A stretch of 64,000 bases of DNA from contig OZ316892.1 of assembly GCA_973895155.1 (NCBI GenBank), positions 2,979,223 to 3,043,222 of the forward strand, read 5' to 3'. Under the pieces are notes generated by a model that worked only from the letters and a program-made list of their open reading frames with translations, searched no databases and had not been told where the DNA came from. Position 1 is the first letter of the stretch, and every line of letters starts with the position of its first letter. This document shows positions 13,801-27,098 of the stretch, piece by piece. Origin of the DNA: Marsupella aquatica (Eukaryota > Plantae > Marchantiophyta). The position numbers were made by a program, and so were the translations under genes.

Positions 13801-15977
13801 CAAATTGACCTGCCGAAGGACATGAAGAGTTTGAGCTTGCAACTTCTGTGCAGTAGAAATTAGAAACACACTGGTAAACACAGCAGACCGACAACAAACT
13901 CAGCCCACAAGGGAGGTTCACCTGAACAGTGCATGTGCGGAACATCATGTCCAGCCCGTAAGTTCCCACTTTAGGCATATAATTGCGCATAATATCATAC
14001 CTGCCCTGCACAGCACTTGCATTAAAAAGGATATGAGACCATTTGAATATCGAACGGTGCACGCACCCGATGCAAGCACCCGATGCAGAATATAGTCGAC
14101 TAAAGGACTAATATCGCCAAGGATCCACAAAACCAAAATGAACGAAAGCTTCCAATCACGGGTCTTTCTAACTAAAGAAATAACAGATTGGGTAAAATAA
14201 TTCATTACCTTGGGCATAATAGGAACGGCTGAAACTGGCCATTTCGGTTGAAAGCCGATACCCAAGAATCCCAGGTTCATTTCTTCTGCCACTGCCTTCA
14301 CCTGCGACGGCGCATACCACGTGCTGAGATTGTATTCCGTATTAACCATTCACCCAGATCTTGAGATTAATTCAACATTCACAGACGCTATATGAGAATG
14401 CTGATTATTTTGCAGAAAACAAATAGATAATTCTTGGCTCCCCACAATGTATTCGTGCAACCATTTTTTCAGCAAGCAAACGATGAACATAGAATATTTT
14501 GGCCGAAATCACAAATTGATCTATCAGAGAAGTTAATTGCAACACTGGGAGGAATCCAAGAGAACTTCATGGTTATTGAAAATTAACCGAGGGCCTACGG
14601 AGCTTCATGATACAGAACCAACACCTCTACCCTACGTAAACATAGGCGTTCGTGACACTCCGCACGATAACCACTAAAACACATTTGAGACAGGGGGGTG
14701 GAAAATCTTTATTGGGGTTTGTTGAACGAACAAATAAGTTCCATGGGAAATACCTGATAGAGATGAGAATTCACTTCTGCACAAGTTTGGTGCAAAGTTT
14801 CTAGTGGAGCACCACTTAACTCGAATTGTCCACCGGGCTCCAAAGATACACTTTGTCCATCCTATATCACCATCCAACAACGCGAATTCATTCGGAATCT
14901 CAGCACAAACCTAACAGTGCTGGCCTCACGTGACAATTCGAAACGGTTGCATCACTACACAGAACTATACTTCATTTTGAGGGATGCAGAGATTAGTGGA
15001 CTGATGATCGAGATCTGACCATTTTAAGCCCAATAATGTTGCCGTTCTCCGTGACTTTCTCCCAGTTGAAGCGCTCTGCCATGCCATCCAGAAGTTGAGC
15101 AATTCGTTGGTACTCCAAGGGCTTGAGGGTATCAAGCTCAAATCCAAACTTCTCATGCTCTGTTCCAATTCTGCACATTTTCCACGCCCACCGTTCTCAA
15201 CCGGTGAATCTTCTGCTGCCATGTCCTAAAAGCAGTGAGTCTACTCTTAAAGTAACACACGGTTCACTGTCATTTTGATTCTGAATTGAATATGCTCAAC
15301 TATTCCCCCCAGACCTGGCTGTCATAGTCAAATGACATTCTGGTGGGCAATTCACTACAAGAAAATCAACAATCAACCCTGAAAACGCAGCCACTCTGTA
15401 GAAAGTGGCTACATTCACAAGTTCTTCATTTCGGATGGGAAACGAATTCGGTGAAATGGAGTTCTCACGTCAGTCAAGTCTACTCCAGAGGTAACACTGG
15501 CAAACATATTCCTGTTGCCATCATGCATTACAAGCAAAATCTCCTGTTCAGAACATCATCGTGAATAACCACACACCTCCACTTCTCTTTCGGCTTACAT
15601 CCAGAAGCCAGATATGCGACAAGATCTTCTCTAGTCAGAGGCTCCGCCGCGACAGCAACGTCCTCCGCAGGCGGACTCGCGGCGACAGTCTGTAAGTTCT
15701 TTCCATAATGCTTTCCGCTAAGGCGTCCCCCGAGAGCAGAAGAGCTTCTCCTTCCCCCTCGCAAAATTCTCAGGTTCTCCACAGAAGAAGAGGAGGCTTG
15801 CAATTGAACCTTTGCCGCTGTCCATTTTTTGCCAGTAGTGCATTTCCTGTCTACTAAGACAGCTCTGACCTCTCCTCCTCTACTGGAACTGCTGCTGCTA
15901 TTGCCTTTGACTTGACAGGAGATCAATCTCGACGGACATGCGATAGACGACGACGACATCATCTCAACCGGTCTCAT
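10865..15977 (-). CDS. GSH1: Glutamate-cysteine ligase (gamma-ECS), plant plastid type; exons 15577-15977, 15020-15170, 14754-14861, 14209-14301, 13922-14005, 13741-13809, 13404-13474, 12946-13014, 12717-12810, 12379-12468, 12184-12264, 11811-11903, 11437-11517, 11104-11173, 10865-10953
   Basis: Ser-rich transit peptide, then [120 protein letters not shown] and a C-terminal DPVFEELLY-stop. All junctions are GT-AG and in phase. Confidence 0.96.
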
Positions 15978-16061
15978 TATCCCCTCCAGAGCCCCCTCCT
16001 ACCTCTCTGCTCCTTCTCCTGCTTCTCTTTCCAACTTCTTCATCCCCTGCAGAAAAATGAA

Positions 16062-16133
16062 AGAATCCATAGTAGAATGAACAACAGAGGTATGCATGGA
16101 ATCCATAGTAGAATGAACAACAGAGGTATGCAT
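16062..16133. repeat. Perfect 36-nt tandem duplication, probably inside a GSH1 5'UTR intron
   Basis: gaatccatagtagaatgaacaacagaggtatgcatg occurs twice in succession. Confidence 0.9.
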
Positions 16134-17739
16134 GCCACCTTTACCACCTCCATTTCTACCTCACGTCCCAACAAGTCTCACATGTCAGACCTCTTTATCT
16201 ACACAAGGAAAAATTTGCAATGCACGCAATACCAATGACGGTTTCCACCACCATTTCCACCTCCCCGTCCATCAATTTTCCTGTCAGACACCTAAGTATC
16301 TACGGGAGAGAGAATTCAAAATAGAAGCAAGATTAAAAACCACCACCAGTTCCACCTCACCGTCCAAGAATTTTCATATGAGACATCAGATCATCTTCAA
16401 GAGAAAAAATTCACCATCGGAGCAAGACCAAACACCACATCCACTTCCTCCTCCCCGTCCAGAATTCACAATGCAAGCGACACCAAAGGCCACCTCCACC
16501 ATCACAACCACCACCACCTCACCGCTCAACAATTCTCACGTCGGACAACTATTAATCCACGGGAGAAAAACTAAACAGCCACGTTCACCTCCACCTTCAC
16601 CTCCACTACCACTACCACTACCACCTCACCGTGCGACAATTCTCAAGTCCGACAACTCATTCATATACAGGAGAAACAAAAATCAAAAACAGAACGAGCG
16701 CTACCTCCACCACCACTTCCAACTCACCTCACCTCACCTCACCTCACCTTCATCATCATCTAAAGAAAGCAATTCGCAAGGAAAGCAAGCCGGAAGGCCA
16801 CCTCTGCTTCCACCTCACCTTCCAACAATTATCATGTCAGAGACCTCCTTTTTTAACACGGCTGGCCACTCCTCCATGGACCGTACTTGACGTCTGGTGC
16901 TCGGGTCTCTTCTCCGCCTGCATGGCAATCTTAGGTCTTTCAGTTTCGAGCTTTTGCAGTAGAAAGCTCTCCTCGCTCGTCATCATCATCAGCGACCAAA
17001 CTACACTACACTACACTGCTTCGACCCGATCACACGACAGACGAGCGACAGAGAAAGAGAGACTCTGTTTGAACGAGAGTCACTCGTGACGCGCGTCAGC
17101 GTTCGTAAGCGTTTAGTCGTGAGCTATACCAGGTTTTCAGCGAACCTTATAGTGCCCTTTCGCGCAATAAATAAATAATTACTAAAACTAGCCACATGAG
17201 TAACGGATACGAAGAAAATCCTTGCACAATAAAATTTATAGCCTACTTTGGCTAATCTTTGTCCATCCTCATTTCAAATTTTTATTTTTTTGGAATCAAC
17301 ATCACTTTTGTCTATGGTCATTTAAAGTTTTGACCCTTATGATCATTTGTGTCTGTAGTGGGAGTTACAATCTAGAGTCTTCATTCTAGATCTAGGCCCG
17401 TAAGAATAGGCTTTGTTGGTGCTTTTGTAGTAGGATGTTGGGCCCTGCTAACAACATACAATTATTGTGGGGTACCAACCTGGAATATTACACCCTCATG
17501 GACCCACGGGTTTGCTGTGCAAGGGGGTTTGTTGTGAAGCTAGCATGGATTTCTTAACTGGGATGGATTGACTCAAAACATGTAATGCTTGGATAGCACT
17601 TTCTAATTGGGACCGAAGTGTGACTCATACCCAGACTCCTTGCCATTTGCAGCTGGCTTCCCCTAGTTACACTGTGGTTGTTGAATCTCTTGCCCAGGGC
17701 GTCCATCACAAAAGTGAAATGCCCCCCCCCCCCCCCTAA

Positions 17740-18255
17740 GTTGCTACTCATGCACAAACTACTCAATCATGACATTTTTCACAAAAGTGAAGCATCCTTC
17801 CCAAAAGTAGTAAGTAGTTACTCATGCACAAACTACTCAGGGCCTCTTTCACAAAAGTAAAGTATCATTCTCCAAATTGGTAAGTCATTGGTCATGTTCA
17901 AACTATTCAGTACATCCTTCACAGAAGTGAAGTCCATTGGCAGTTGGTTTCTAATATTTGACCATTTTCACACTACTCCGTAAAAAATCATCTCAGGAAA
18001 ATCTCAAACTTTGTCAAAGAACACGCTTGAAAATTTGAGTTTAAATAGAAATCCAAAAGTTATCCAAATAAATGCACAAGTCTGCCAAAAGCACATGCAC
18101 AAGTTTGCCAAAATTATTTGGGACGTCCTTCTCTAAAGTGAAATATCCTTCCAAAAGAAACCAGTCAGTTTGAATTTTGGGTGTAAAGAGAGACAGCCTG
18201 TTACACATTCCATCGGGATGGGCAAAACAAACCCCTTAGCCAATCCACGCTTGAT
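17740..18255 (+). repeat. Dispersed repeat with internal subrepeats (catgcacaaactactca / ttcacaaaagtgaag), homologous to 1875-2410 in inverted orientation
   Basis: Collinear similarity to the reverse complement of 1875-2410; both copies give FHKSEAS.PKVVS in the ORF track. Confidence 0.75.
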
Positions 18256-21200
18256 TGGGAATAAATTTTAAGAATTCAAACTATCCTGATGTAAACACTG
18301 ACCCCTATTTGAAAAATAGTCTAGTATAGTATTCGGACCTTCCTCAATTTCCTTAAAATGCAGAATAATTGATGTAAGCCTGGATGGCACTACAGTACTG
18401 TTGAGTAGGCTTACTTCCTTTGCCATTGTGTGGGACTCTCGGGCCTTTTGGCTCTTTGATTATCCTGGAAGTTTATCATGTTTTCTCCTTTTTATTAGGC
18501 CTCCTCAGTTTGGAACCTTGTTTCCAATGTGGCATTTTTTGTGCTCTGGCAATGTGATATATATTTGAATATTCCAACTAAATGCAACTTTAAGTTTCCC
18601 ATGTGAAATGAGAAAACAACACGTTTAGCAAATTTAAAGTATCTGGTTGTCCATATCTTAATGTTTGTAATTTTACCCACACTTGACAATTATTTCTGGT
18701 AAAACTTAGATCTATCCTCACATGAGGGTGGCCTTATGAGACTTTGGGGGGGCACTTGTGACTGCTTGTCGACCACGTCTTGTTCTATCAAAGATCTTTT
18801 GAAATGAAGTTCAATGAATGTAAGTCCCTTGAATGAATGAGCCAAAGTTTGGATCAACTGTTAACCAGGTTTTAAATCTAGACAAAATAAGCACTCCACG
18901 TGAGCATTTATGTGGGCACACTACCTGCCATGTAAAATCCCTAAACACCTCTATGTGGACGCACTACTTGCCTCGTAGAATTGAGAGACAGCATATCATA
19001 ACATTTGGCCCCCCAGTTCTTGTAAAGCCAACTCCACTAGTTGTACGGTCCAGATTTGATCTTAGAGTGAATACAAAGAAGACAATTGCCCCATGTCTGC
19101 TATCCCTAGACAAAACAATTCCTACGGTAAAGGAGATCACATATGTCAAAAAATCAGTCAAACAAATCTAACAACTATAGTTATGGTTAGCTGCAGTAAA
19201 AAACAGTTGACATCCCCACTAATGGGTAAAAGATGGGCTTTACTCACTTTCCAAAAATAGCAACCATTTCTTAAGCTTCCGCTTAAAATTCAAGACGTCA
19301 AGTGTTACTTTGTCATGCTTGCAATCTGGTTCTCGCTAAAAGTACATAGTTTTCAAAGTGCCAACACCAAAACTTTGACCCCCCAAAAAGGTGGGTTGCA
19401 AACATATGCAGACAGTCTCAGGAAATGGCGAGGAATTTGTTAGTTTCTAAACATGACGTCCTAGCAAACAAATATGAGGAGAAAATGTCCCAGAAAATGG
19501 TATCATATGTTAAAATTGATAGCATACACATGTTTTGGCTAGGACAAGCAAAATACAGGACAAGTAGATTGAGAGAAGGCTTTGATTGGGAAGAATTAGA
19601 ATGACCACCAGAGAAAGCCTGAAAGCAAGTAAAAATAAGTTAATTATAATTATAATTTTGAACCAAGTCTATGTGGAACCAAGGTACCACTACTAGTAAT
19701 AAATATTTGCCAATCTGACACTGTAGGCCAGGATAGCCCAGGATCTTTCTCAGGTCAGTGGGCCCGAATCTTCCCCCTCAAGTACTGTCCCAAAGTTCTA
19801 CCAGAAGATTCTCTTGGGAGGTCAGGTGATCAGTTTATGATCATTATCTGTCCAGATTCCTGAACTGGGAGGTCAAATTCCCTTCCTCATCAAATCACGT
19901 TTGTGCTTATGATTGACATCTCCCCTTCCTCATCAAATCACCTTTGTGCTATTGATTGCCCTTTTTACTGTACACAACCCCTACGAGCAGGGTGATTTTT
20001 AAGGTTGAGAATATCGTCGGTGAAGGAGACAATGTTAACATATTCACTAAGTTGGTAGATTAATTTATCATTGTTAGATCTCCCTATTGTAGCCAATGGG
20101 GTCTGTGACTAGTTGGGAAACTGACTAATGGAAAACAAAAAGCATGACAAAATTTTATCAATAGTGGGTAAGCATTTCAATTGAGGTGGGATTCTGGCCA
20201 CTTAAGAAAACAGCTGGTGACAACCTTTGGGAGCCTTTAAGGATGGCCCCAAAAAACATTCCAAGGGACAAGCGAGTATTGTGGGTTGCCTTCTTTTTGA
20301 AGTGAACGAGTATTCTATTGGTTGCATTCTTGTCAGTCATCATGTCCAACAATCAGGCCAAATGTCACATGTCAACCTCTGCTACAATCAAGAGTCCTCC
20401 TAGCAAAGAAAAAGACGGTACCAAACAAAACAATTGTCCTTCCTACAGTTTGTCTCACCCAAAGGTTGACTCTTCAAGCACATTTAACCCTCTCGAAACT
20501 CTCCTTCACTGACGGTTGAAATATTGAATTTACTCATGAATTAAGCATGTATAATTAGAAACAAAAACAACGAAATGTTGAATATGTCTCTGTTTTGGCT
20601 GAACTGGTGATTTGGACTCAGACTCCCCTTGTAGAGAAGCCACCTCATCTTAATAGAATGCTGAATTATTAGTGATTATTGAACTATTTTTGGCGATATG
20701 CCATGAAATTTAATTATATGAAAATAAGTTTTATTCCATTCATTTATCTCCCGAGTAGACCCCTTTTGAGGTTTCAGTTGGTAATATCAAAAGTTTGGCA
20801 AGACCTACAGTAGAGTTCGATGGTGTGATTACTTGATTACTCAACTGATTCCACTTTGTTTGCACGACAAGAATCCTCGTCCAGTCCATAGTCAAGCTCC
20901 CAATGAACTTTTCCCTTTTGTGTAAGGCTGGACATTCATACAACCTGGTCATGTTTAGAAGGCTTCTACCAAGTGGTCCAAACTTTTGGAAACAATATTT
21001 TGGACGTTTGGATTTTACCCCTTTTGCTTTTGTACATTGTTAGGGCGTAACATGTTAATATTAGCTGTGCTATGCATTCTAATACTCCACGCACTTCCAC
21101 TTATGCACTTCCACTTATTAACCTTGCAGTAATTGTCTATCATACACTATTTTGCTAACTTTTCTGAGAGATGATTTTGCCAGATTTCTCCAGAACTCAA

Positions 21201-21619
21201 AGTGGACATCTGGAGGATAGAAAATTTGAAGCCCCCATCGACTACAATTCTTGGTCCATGAGACTTCGACATTGCTTTGATAATAATTCCCAGACATTAT
21301 TGTTTTTAGATTGATTTTTAAAATTAATCCTTTGCTGGGATACAAAGAGTACCCATGTTAGAGCTGGATCCACCAGGTAGCATCATTTATGGAGATCTTT
21401 CCTGAAGGCAATGATGAGCCTTGTATGTTAGTAGTTTAATTTTTGAAGATATGGCTAGCCCTTAGTTTGGCTATCATTCATAGTTGGTGATCGGTTTGGG
21501 ATCTCGGGGGGGGGGGGGGGTCATTTTTTTATGGACAAATTTTGATGGATTTTTTTTTGTGATTTTATATATGTCCATGAAGTTATAAAAAAAATCCATC
21601 AAAATTTTCCATGAATTTC

Positions 21620-21796
21620 TGAAACTGAAACCCATCATTTTTCCATGAAAGTTTTCCATCAATAATCATTTCATGATAATCATTTTCATGGAATTTTTTT
21701 ATGAAACTGAAATATTGTATATTTCATTTCATAATATATAAGTTTCAGTTTCCATGGATAATCATTTTTCCATGAAAATGATGGGTTTCAGTTTCA
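21620..21796. repeat. AT-rich foldback/MITE-like inverted repeat
   Basis: Perfect 22-bp arms tgaaactgaaacccatcatttt (21620-21641) and aaaatgatgggtttcagtttca (21775-21796), with a nested gaaactgaaa/tttcagtttc pair at about 21703/21743. Confidence 0.7.
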
Positions 21797-22495
21797 AACT
21801 AGGTCCAAACCTTGAATAACATGACTTATCCAGAAACCATCTTTATCCCTATTACTCTGTGGTTCAGCAAGGATGGAAAGGTTTGATAGCAGGGTCCAGC
21901 GCGCAAGGTTAGTATAGGATATATAATGTAGATGTATCTTCCCTGAGCAGTCCAGATCAATTTAGGCTTGCAAGTATGACATGTCCTTGCCTTATGGGTT
22001 GGGGTTGCAACAGGATGGGGGGGGTTCTTGCTCATGGCAGGTTGTGGTCACAACTGGGTGTAGAAGGTGGGATGACCATAACATGCATGATCTGGGGGCA
22101 GCAGACCCTAGGGCCAGATGGAGGGTCAAAGTTTTGCTCAAAGTACCTATGAAAGCCCCCCCCCCCCCCTAATCCATGTGCAAGGGCACAACCACACCAT
22201 TAACAAGTGCAGCCAGCAAGGGCCGTGCACCAATCCCATGCCCCATGCAACCAGCTCCCAACTTCATCAGTGTGGAAGTGTCAATTACATGACTTCACCC
22301 TTGCAGCTTGAGTGCATTGTTGCTGTGAATTGAGCCCAAATTGAGCAACAGGCCAACGGCAACAACAGGCTCTTATCTAGACCATTTATTGTTGGTACGT
22401 AACTCTAGCACCTGGTTAGGTTAACAAGAGTGTGGTTTAAACACATTAGGGGCTGTTGAGGTTAGACTAGTGGATCAAGAGGGGGTACCCCCATG

Positions 22496-22839
22496 TGTTG
22501 AGCAAAGACGACATTCATAACGGCAAGCCCATGAACCATCCAACGCACAAGAGTCGACACAGAGAGATACGTGGTTCACCTCCACATGAGGCTACGTCCA
22601 CGGGAACACACAAGAGTTTTACTGCACTCTAGGTCGACCGGCCATACCAAACATTCACAGCACAAGCTCTCCCTATCTCTCAACTAGCTCCGTAACAATG
22701 AGCCTAAGTTCCACCAGGGTCTGGCATCAGCCCTGGCTATATGCACCACAGCACTACTGCTAACATTAGCTAAGTCCTAACCCAAGTTAGACTAACTGTG
22801 GTTAGCTCATGAGTCACAAGACTAGAGCAATATCTAACA
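22496..22839 (-). repeat. 3' LTR of the copia element (344 bp)
   Basis: Direct repeat of 30323-30665; about 14 substitutions and 1 indel by manual count. Confidence 0.95.
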
Positions 22840-23035
22840 AACTCCCCCTTGACTCTTGTCTTGGGGATTGGACAAAATGCTACCATATGGAATCCTCAAC
22901 GGGAAGTTCTAGACAATCACCAAACCAGGTTTCCCCCTAAAAACCACAAGGGTTAACTAGAACTAAGTCGTAGCCTAACAGGAATGAGTAACCCATATAC
23001 AAATAGTCACACATTGCTAAATACTTCTACTTGCA

Positions 23036-26000
23036 CTACAACTGCAAAACCTGCAAAGTAGCACGGTGTCTTGAGAAACTCTCCAAAGGAATCACTTTGG
23101 TAAAGGCATCAACGGGATTGAGGTTCCATCAATCTTGACTAGCTCAAAAGTTTTATCAAACACTGCTTGCCTGATAAAATGGTACCTAATATCAATGTGC
23201 TTCACCCTGCTATCCATCACCTGGTTAGCAGCCAAGTGAAGAGCACTCTAACTATCACAGTTTAGAGTCATTTTTCCATGCTCTAAACCCATGTCCGCGA
23301 TCAACTTATCCAACCAAATTGCTTCCTTTGCTGCTTCTGTTGCTGTAACATACTCTGCTTCTGTAGTAGACTGAGATATGCACTTCTGCAAGGTAGATTT
23401 CCAACTGATACATCTTCCTCCAAGAGTGTATATAAACCCAGTTGTAGACCTTCTTGTATCCAGACAGCCTCCATAATCAGAATCTACATAGCCAACTAAT
23501 GTTCTATCTGATCTGTTATCAAATAGTAATCCATAATCCTGTGTTCCCTTCAGATACTTGAAATCCACTTCACAGCTTCCCAATGTACCTTCCCTGGATT
23601 TGACATGAATCTGCTAACCTTGCCCATCGCTAGGGCCAAGTCAAGCCTAGTACAAGTCATCAAATACATCAGACTACCTATTGCCTTCTCATAAGGAATC
23701 TTAGCCATCAGACCTTTCTCCACAGCATCCGTAGGAGAGAAAGCCGATGATAACTTGAAATGTGAAGCTAAAGGAATACTCACTGGCTTACAGTTTTCCA
23801 TGATGAACCGTGCAAGTACTTTCCTCACATACTGGCCTTGACTCAAGCACAACTGTCCAGTCTCAGAGTTCCTAAAAATCTCCATCCCTAAGATTCTCTT
23901 GGCCTTACCAAGATCCTTCATCCTGAATTCAACATTCAATTTTGCCTTGAGACTGTCAACCTCAGATTGATCTTTAGCCACAATCAGCATGTCATCCACA
24001 TAGATCACCAGGATGATGAAACCAAATACATCATACTTGATTGATTTCGTATACACACAAGGATCATACACTATCCTTGTAAAACCTTGAGCAAGCATGA
24101 AATTATCAAACCGCTTGTTCCACTATCTGGGAGACTATTTCAATCCATACAAGGATTTGAGAAATCTGCAAACTAAGTTCTCTTGGCCCTTCTTCATAAA
24201 GCCTAGTGGCTGTCTCATGAAGATCAACTCTTCCAAGTTGCCATAGAGAAAAGCAGTAACAACATCCATCTGATCCATCACCAGACCAAAAAACACAATA
24301 AGCTGACACAAGATCCGAATTGTGGAATACTTAGCCACCGGTGAAAAGACCTCATTGTAGTCCACTTCTTTCTCCTAAGTGAACCCCTTGGCAATAAGCC
24401 CTGCCTTGTAGATCTTATCTCCATCCTCTGAAGGACTGTCCTTTAACTTGTAAATCCACTTGCTGTCCACCGCTTGTTGACCTCTTGGAAGCTCCACCAA
24501 CTCCCATGTCTTGTTGTCACTCAAAGATTGCAACTCCCTCTGCAGCTTCTACTCTAAAGCACAAGCCTTACTATACGAAGAAGGCTCTCCTTCTTTGGAC
24601 AAGATCAAAGCCATGTCATCATCATTAGGTGCAATGTCAATATCATCTAGCTTAGATGAGTCTGCCCATTGACCATACCTGGTAGGAGCTCTAGTAGAAC
24701 GATTGGAAGTTCTTCTAGTAGATGACTCAGACTGATCTGCTGCTGTTGCTAGCTAAATTTGAGGTACCCCAACAACAATCTGCTCCTCTTGTTCCATCAC
24801 AGGAACCAGCTCCAAGCCCGGAGCTTCTCCATCTCTCCTGTCATGAACATCATCATGACTAATCTTCCCCTCAACCTGGTCCGGGATGAGAGATTTCCCC
24901 TTGTCAGTATGGGAGTCCGGAGAACTCTCCCCCTCCTTTGATGATCTGGATTCATTAAAGGACATATCTCTACTGACAATTAGTTTACAGGTTATTGGAT
25001 CCCATAACCTATAACCCTTCACACATTTCTGATAGCCAAGGAAAATGCACTTCTTCAACTTGGACTCCAGCTTGGATCGAAGCTGGGAAGGTGTAAGCAC
25101 ATAAGCATCACATCCAAAAATCCTTAGATGTGAGTAATCAACTGGACGCCCGTACCTCATTTCAAATGGCGTCTTGAATCCAATAGAACTGGATGGAAAA
25201 AAATCTACCAAATAAGCTGCAGTGTTGACAGTTTTAGCCCAAAACTCATGTCGTAAGCATAATTGACTCAACATACTCCTCGAGCGGTCCAATAGTGTTT
25301 GGTTGAGTCTCTCAGAAACACCATTCTGCTGAGGAGTATAACTTGTTGTGAGATGGCGGGTAATCCCCTGCTCCTTACAATACGTTCCAAATTCACCAAA
25401 ACTATATTCATCGTCGTTATCCGATCGTAGATATCTCACCTTATTACCAGTCTGATTCTCAACTTGGGCTTTCCATTCCTTAAAAGTGGCAAAAACATCA
25501 GACTTACTATGTAGAAAGTATATCCACATATACCTTGAGTAATCGTCAATGAACGTGACATAGTATAACCGTCCAGAATGTGAGGGAGTAGGGGCTGGAC
25601 CCCACACATCACTATGTACATACTCAAGTACCTCCTTGCTGGTGTGAGTTCCAACTTCGAAGGGCTTCCTGTGTTGCTTCTCAAGCACACAGTGCTCACA
25701 AAATTCCAACTTACAAGATTGCAAATTAGAAAGTAATCCTTTCTTCTAAAGAATAACCAAACCTTTTTCACTCATGTGGCCCAAACGGAAGTGCCATAGC
25801 CGGGCCGTCTCCTCATGAGATAAGGTTACATTGGCTTCATCACAAACAACACTGCCCTCCAAAACGTATAGATTGCTATGTCGCTTTTCCTTCAATACAA
25901 CTTTAGTACCAGTTGAAACCTGAAGGACACCATTAGCAGAACTCCACTGATGGCCATTTGCTTCTAAAACTCCAAGTGAAATGAGATTTTTCATCATGTT

Positions 26001-27098
26001 GGGAATGTGTCTCACATTCCTCAATGTTCTTACAGCACCATCAAACATCTGAAATCTTACAGATCCAAGTCCAACAACTTGACATGGGATTCCATTTCCC
26101 ATCAACATTGACCCGTTGGAAACCATGTAAGAACTGAAAAAATCTCTCCTAGAGCAAATGTGAAAAATACATGCACTATCTAGAATCCAGTCATCACTAC
26201 TTGGATTTGACACTACGTTGAGAGCATAACCTTGACATCACAATATGTCATCATCATCGAGTAAATCTACCTCATGCAAGCTCGATGCCGCGTTAGCAGA
26301 TGCAATAGGGACCCTTACTCGACAATCCCTTTTCATGTGGCCAGGCTTGCCACAATTCCAACATGCAAGAGGCTTCCTCTCTTGCGATTTCCCTCTGGAT
26401 TTAGATCTCCCCCATGATGTAGATCTAAACCTGTTCTGTCCATTTGAGCATTGCGCTGCTCTCCCACGGTTCACGTTTAGCGCAGTGCCAGAAGAAGATG
26501 CTGTCTATGATTGACCCAGCTTCTTCTGAGCATCATCAGACAGTAAAGAGCTCACCACCTCATTATACAAAATGGACTTCAGATCTCTATACAAGAGCAC
26601 CTGTTTCAAGCCCTGATATGACGGCGGTAAGGAGCTTAGCCAAAGCAAGGCCTTATTCTCATCTTCAACTCCTTTTCCCAGGTTTGACAGATCCACCGTT
26701 AGACTGTCAAACTCATCCAGGTGATCCTGCATCTTGCTCCCTTCCTTGAGCCCGAGGCTCATCAAGAGAGACTTCTTGTACAGCCGGTCTGACGCATCTT
26801 CCCGGTAGTACTTCTCTCTTAGAGCCTTGAACAGTGATGCGCAATCCGCATAATCATCCAGCTGCTTGATGATGTGCGGCTTGAGATAAAGCATCACTAC
26901 ATTAACAGCAATCACCTGCTCTTATCTCCACTGTCTCACAGAAATCTCCTCCTCTCCATCATACTGCTCTCGTGAAGAAAGCAGATGAGCTAAGCCCATG
27001 GCCCGTAAAACACCCTTTACTTGCTTCTCCCAGAGCAAGTAATCAGTACGACCATCGTACTTCTCCACCTCAAACTTCACTCCTCCAAATCTAGCCAT
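23036..27098 (-). pseudogene. Copia gag-pol polyprotein broken by stops and frameshifts
   Basis: Gag MARFGGVKFEVEKYDG; zinc knuckle CWNCGKPGHMKRDC; protease WILDSA; LWHFRLGHMSEKGL; integrase HSDVWGP, FIDDYSR, PQQNGVSER; RT YVDDML; RNase H GYVDSDYGG. Split over at least 8 ORFs. Confidence 0.95.

Noticed and set aside
16132-17089. 252-aa and 152-aa Pro/Thr/His-rich plus-strand ORFs
   Set aside because: Low-complexity antisense frames over the GSH1 leader and intron, with no domain motifs.
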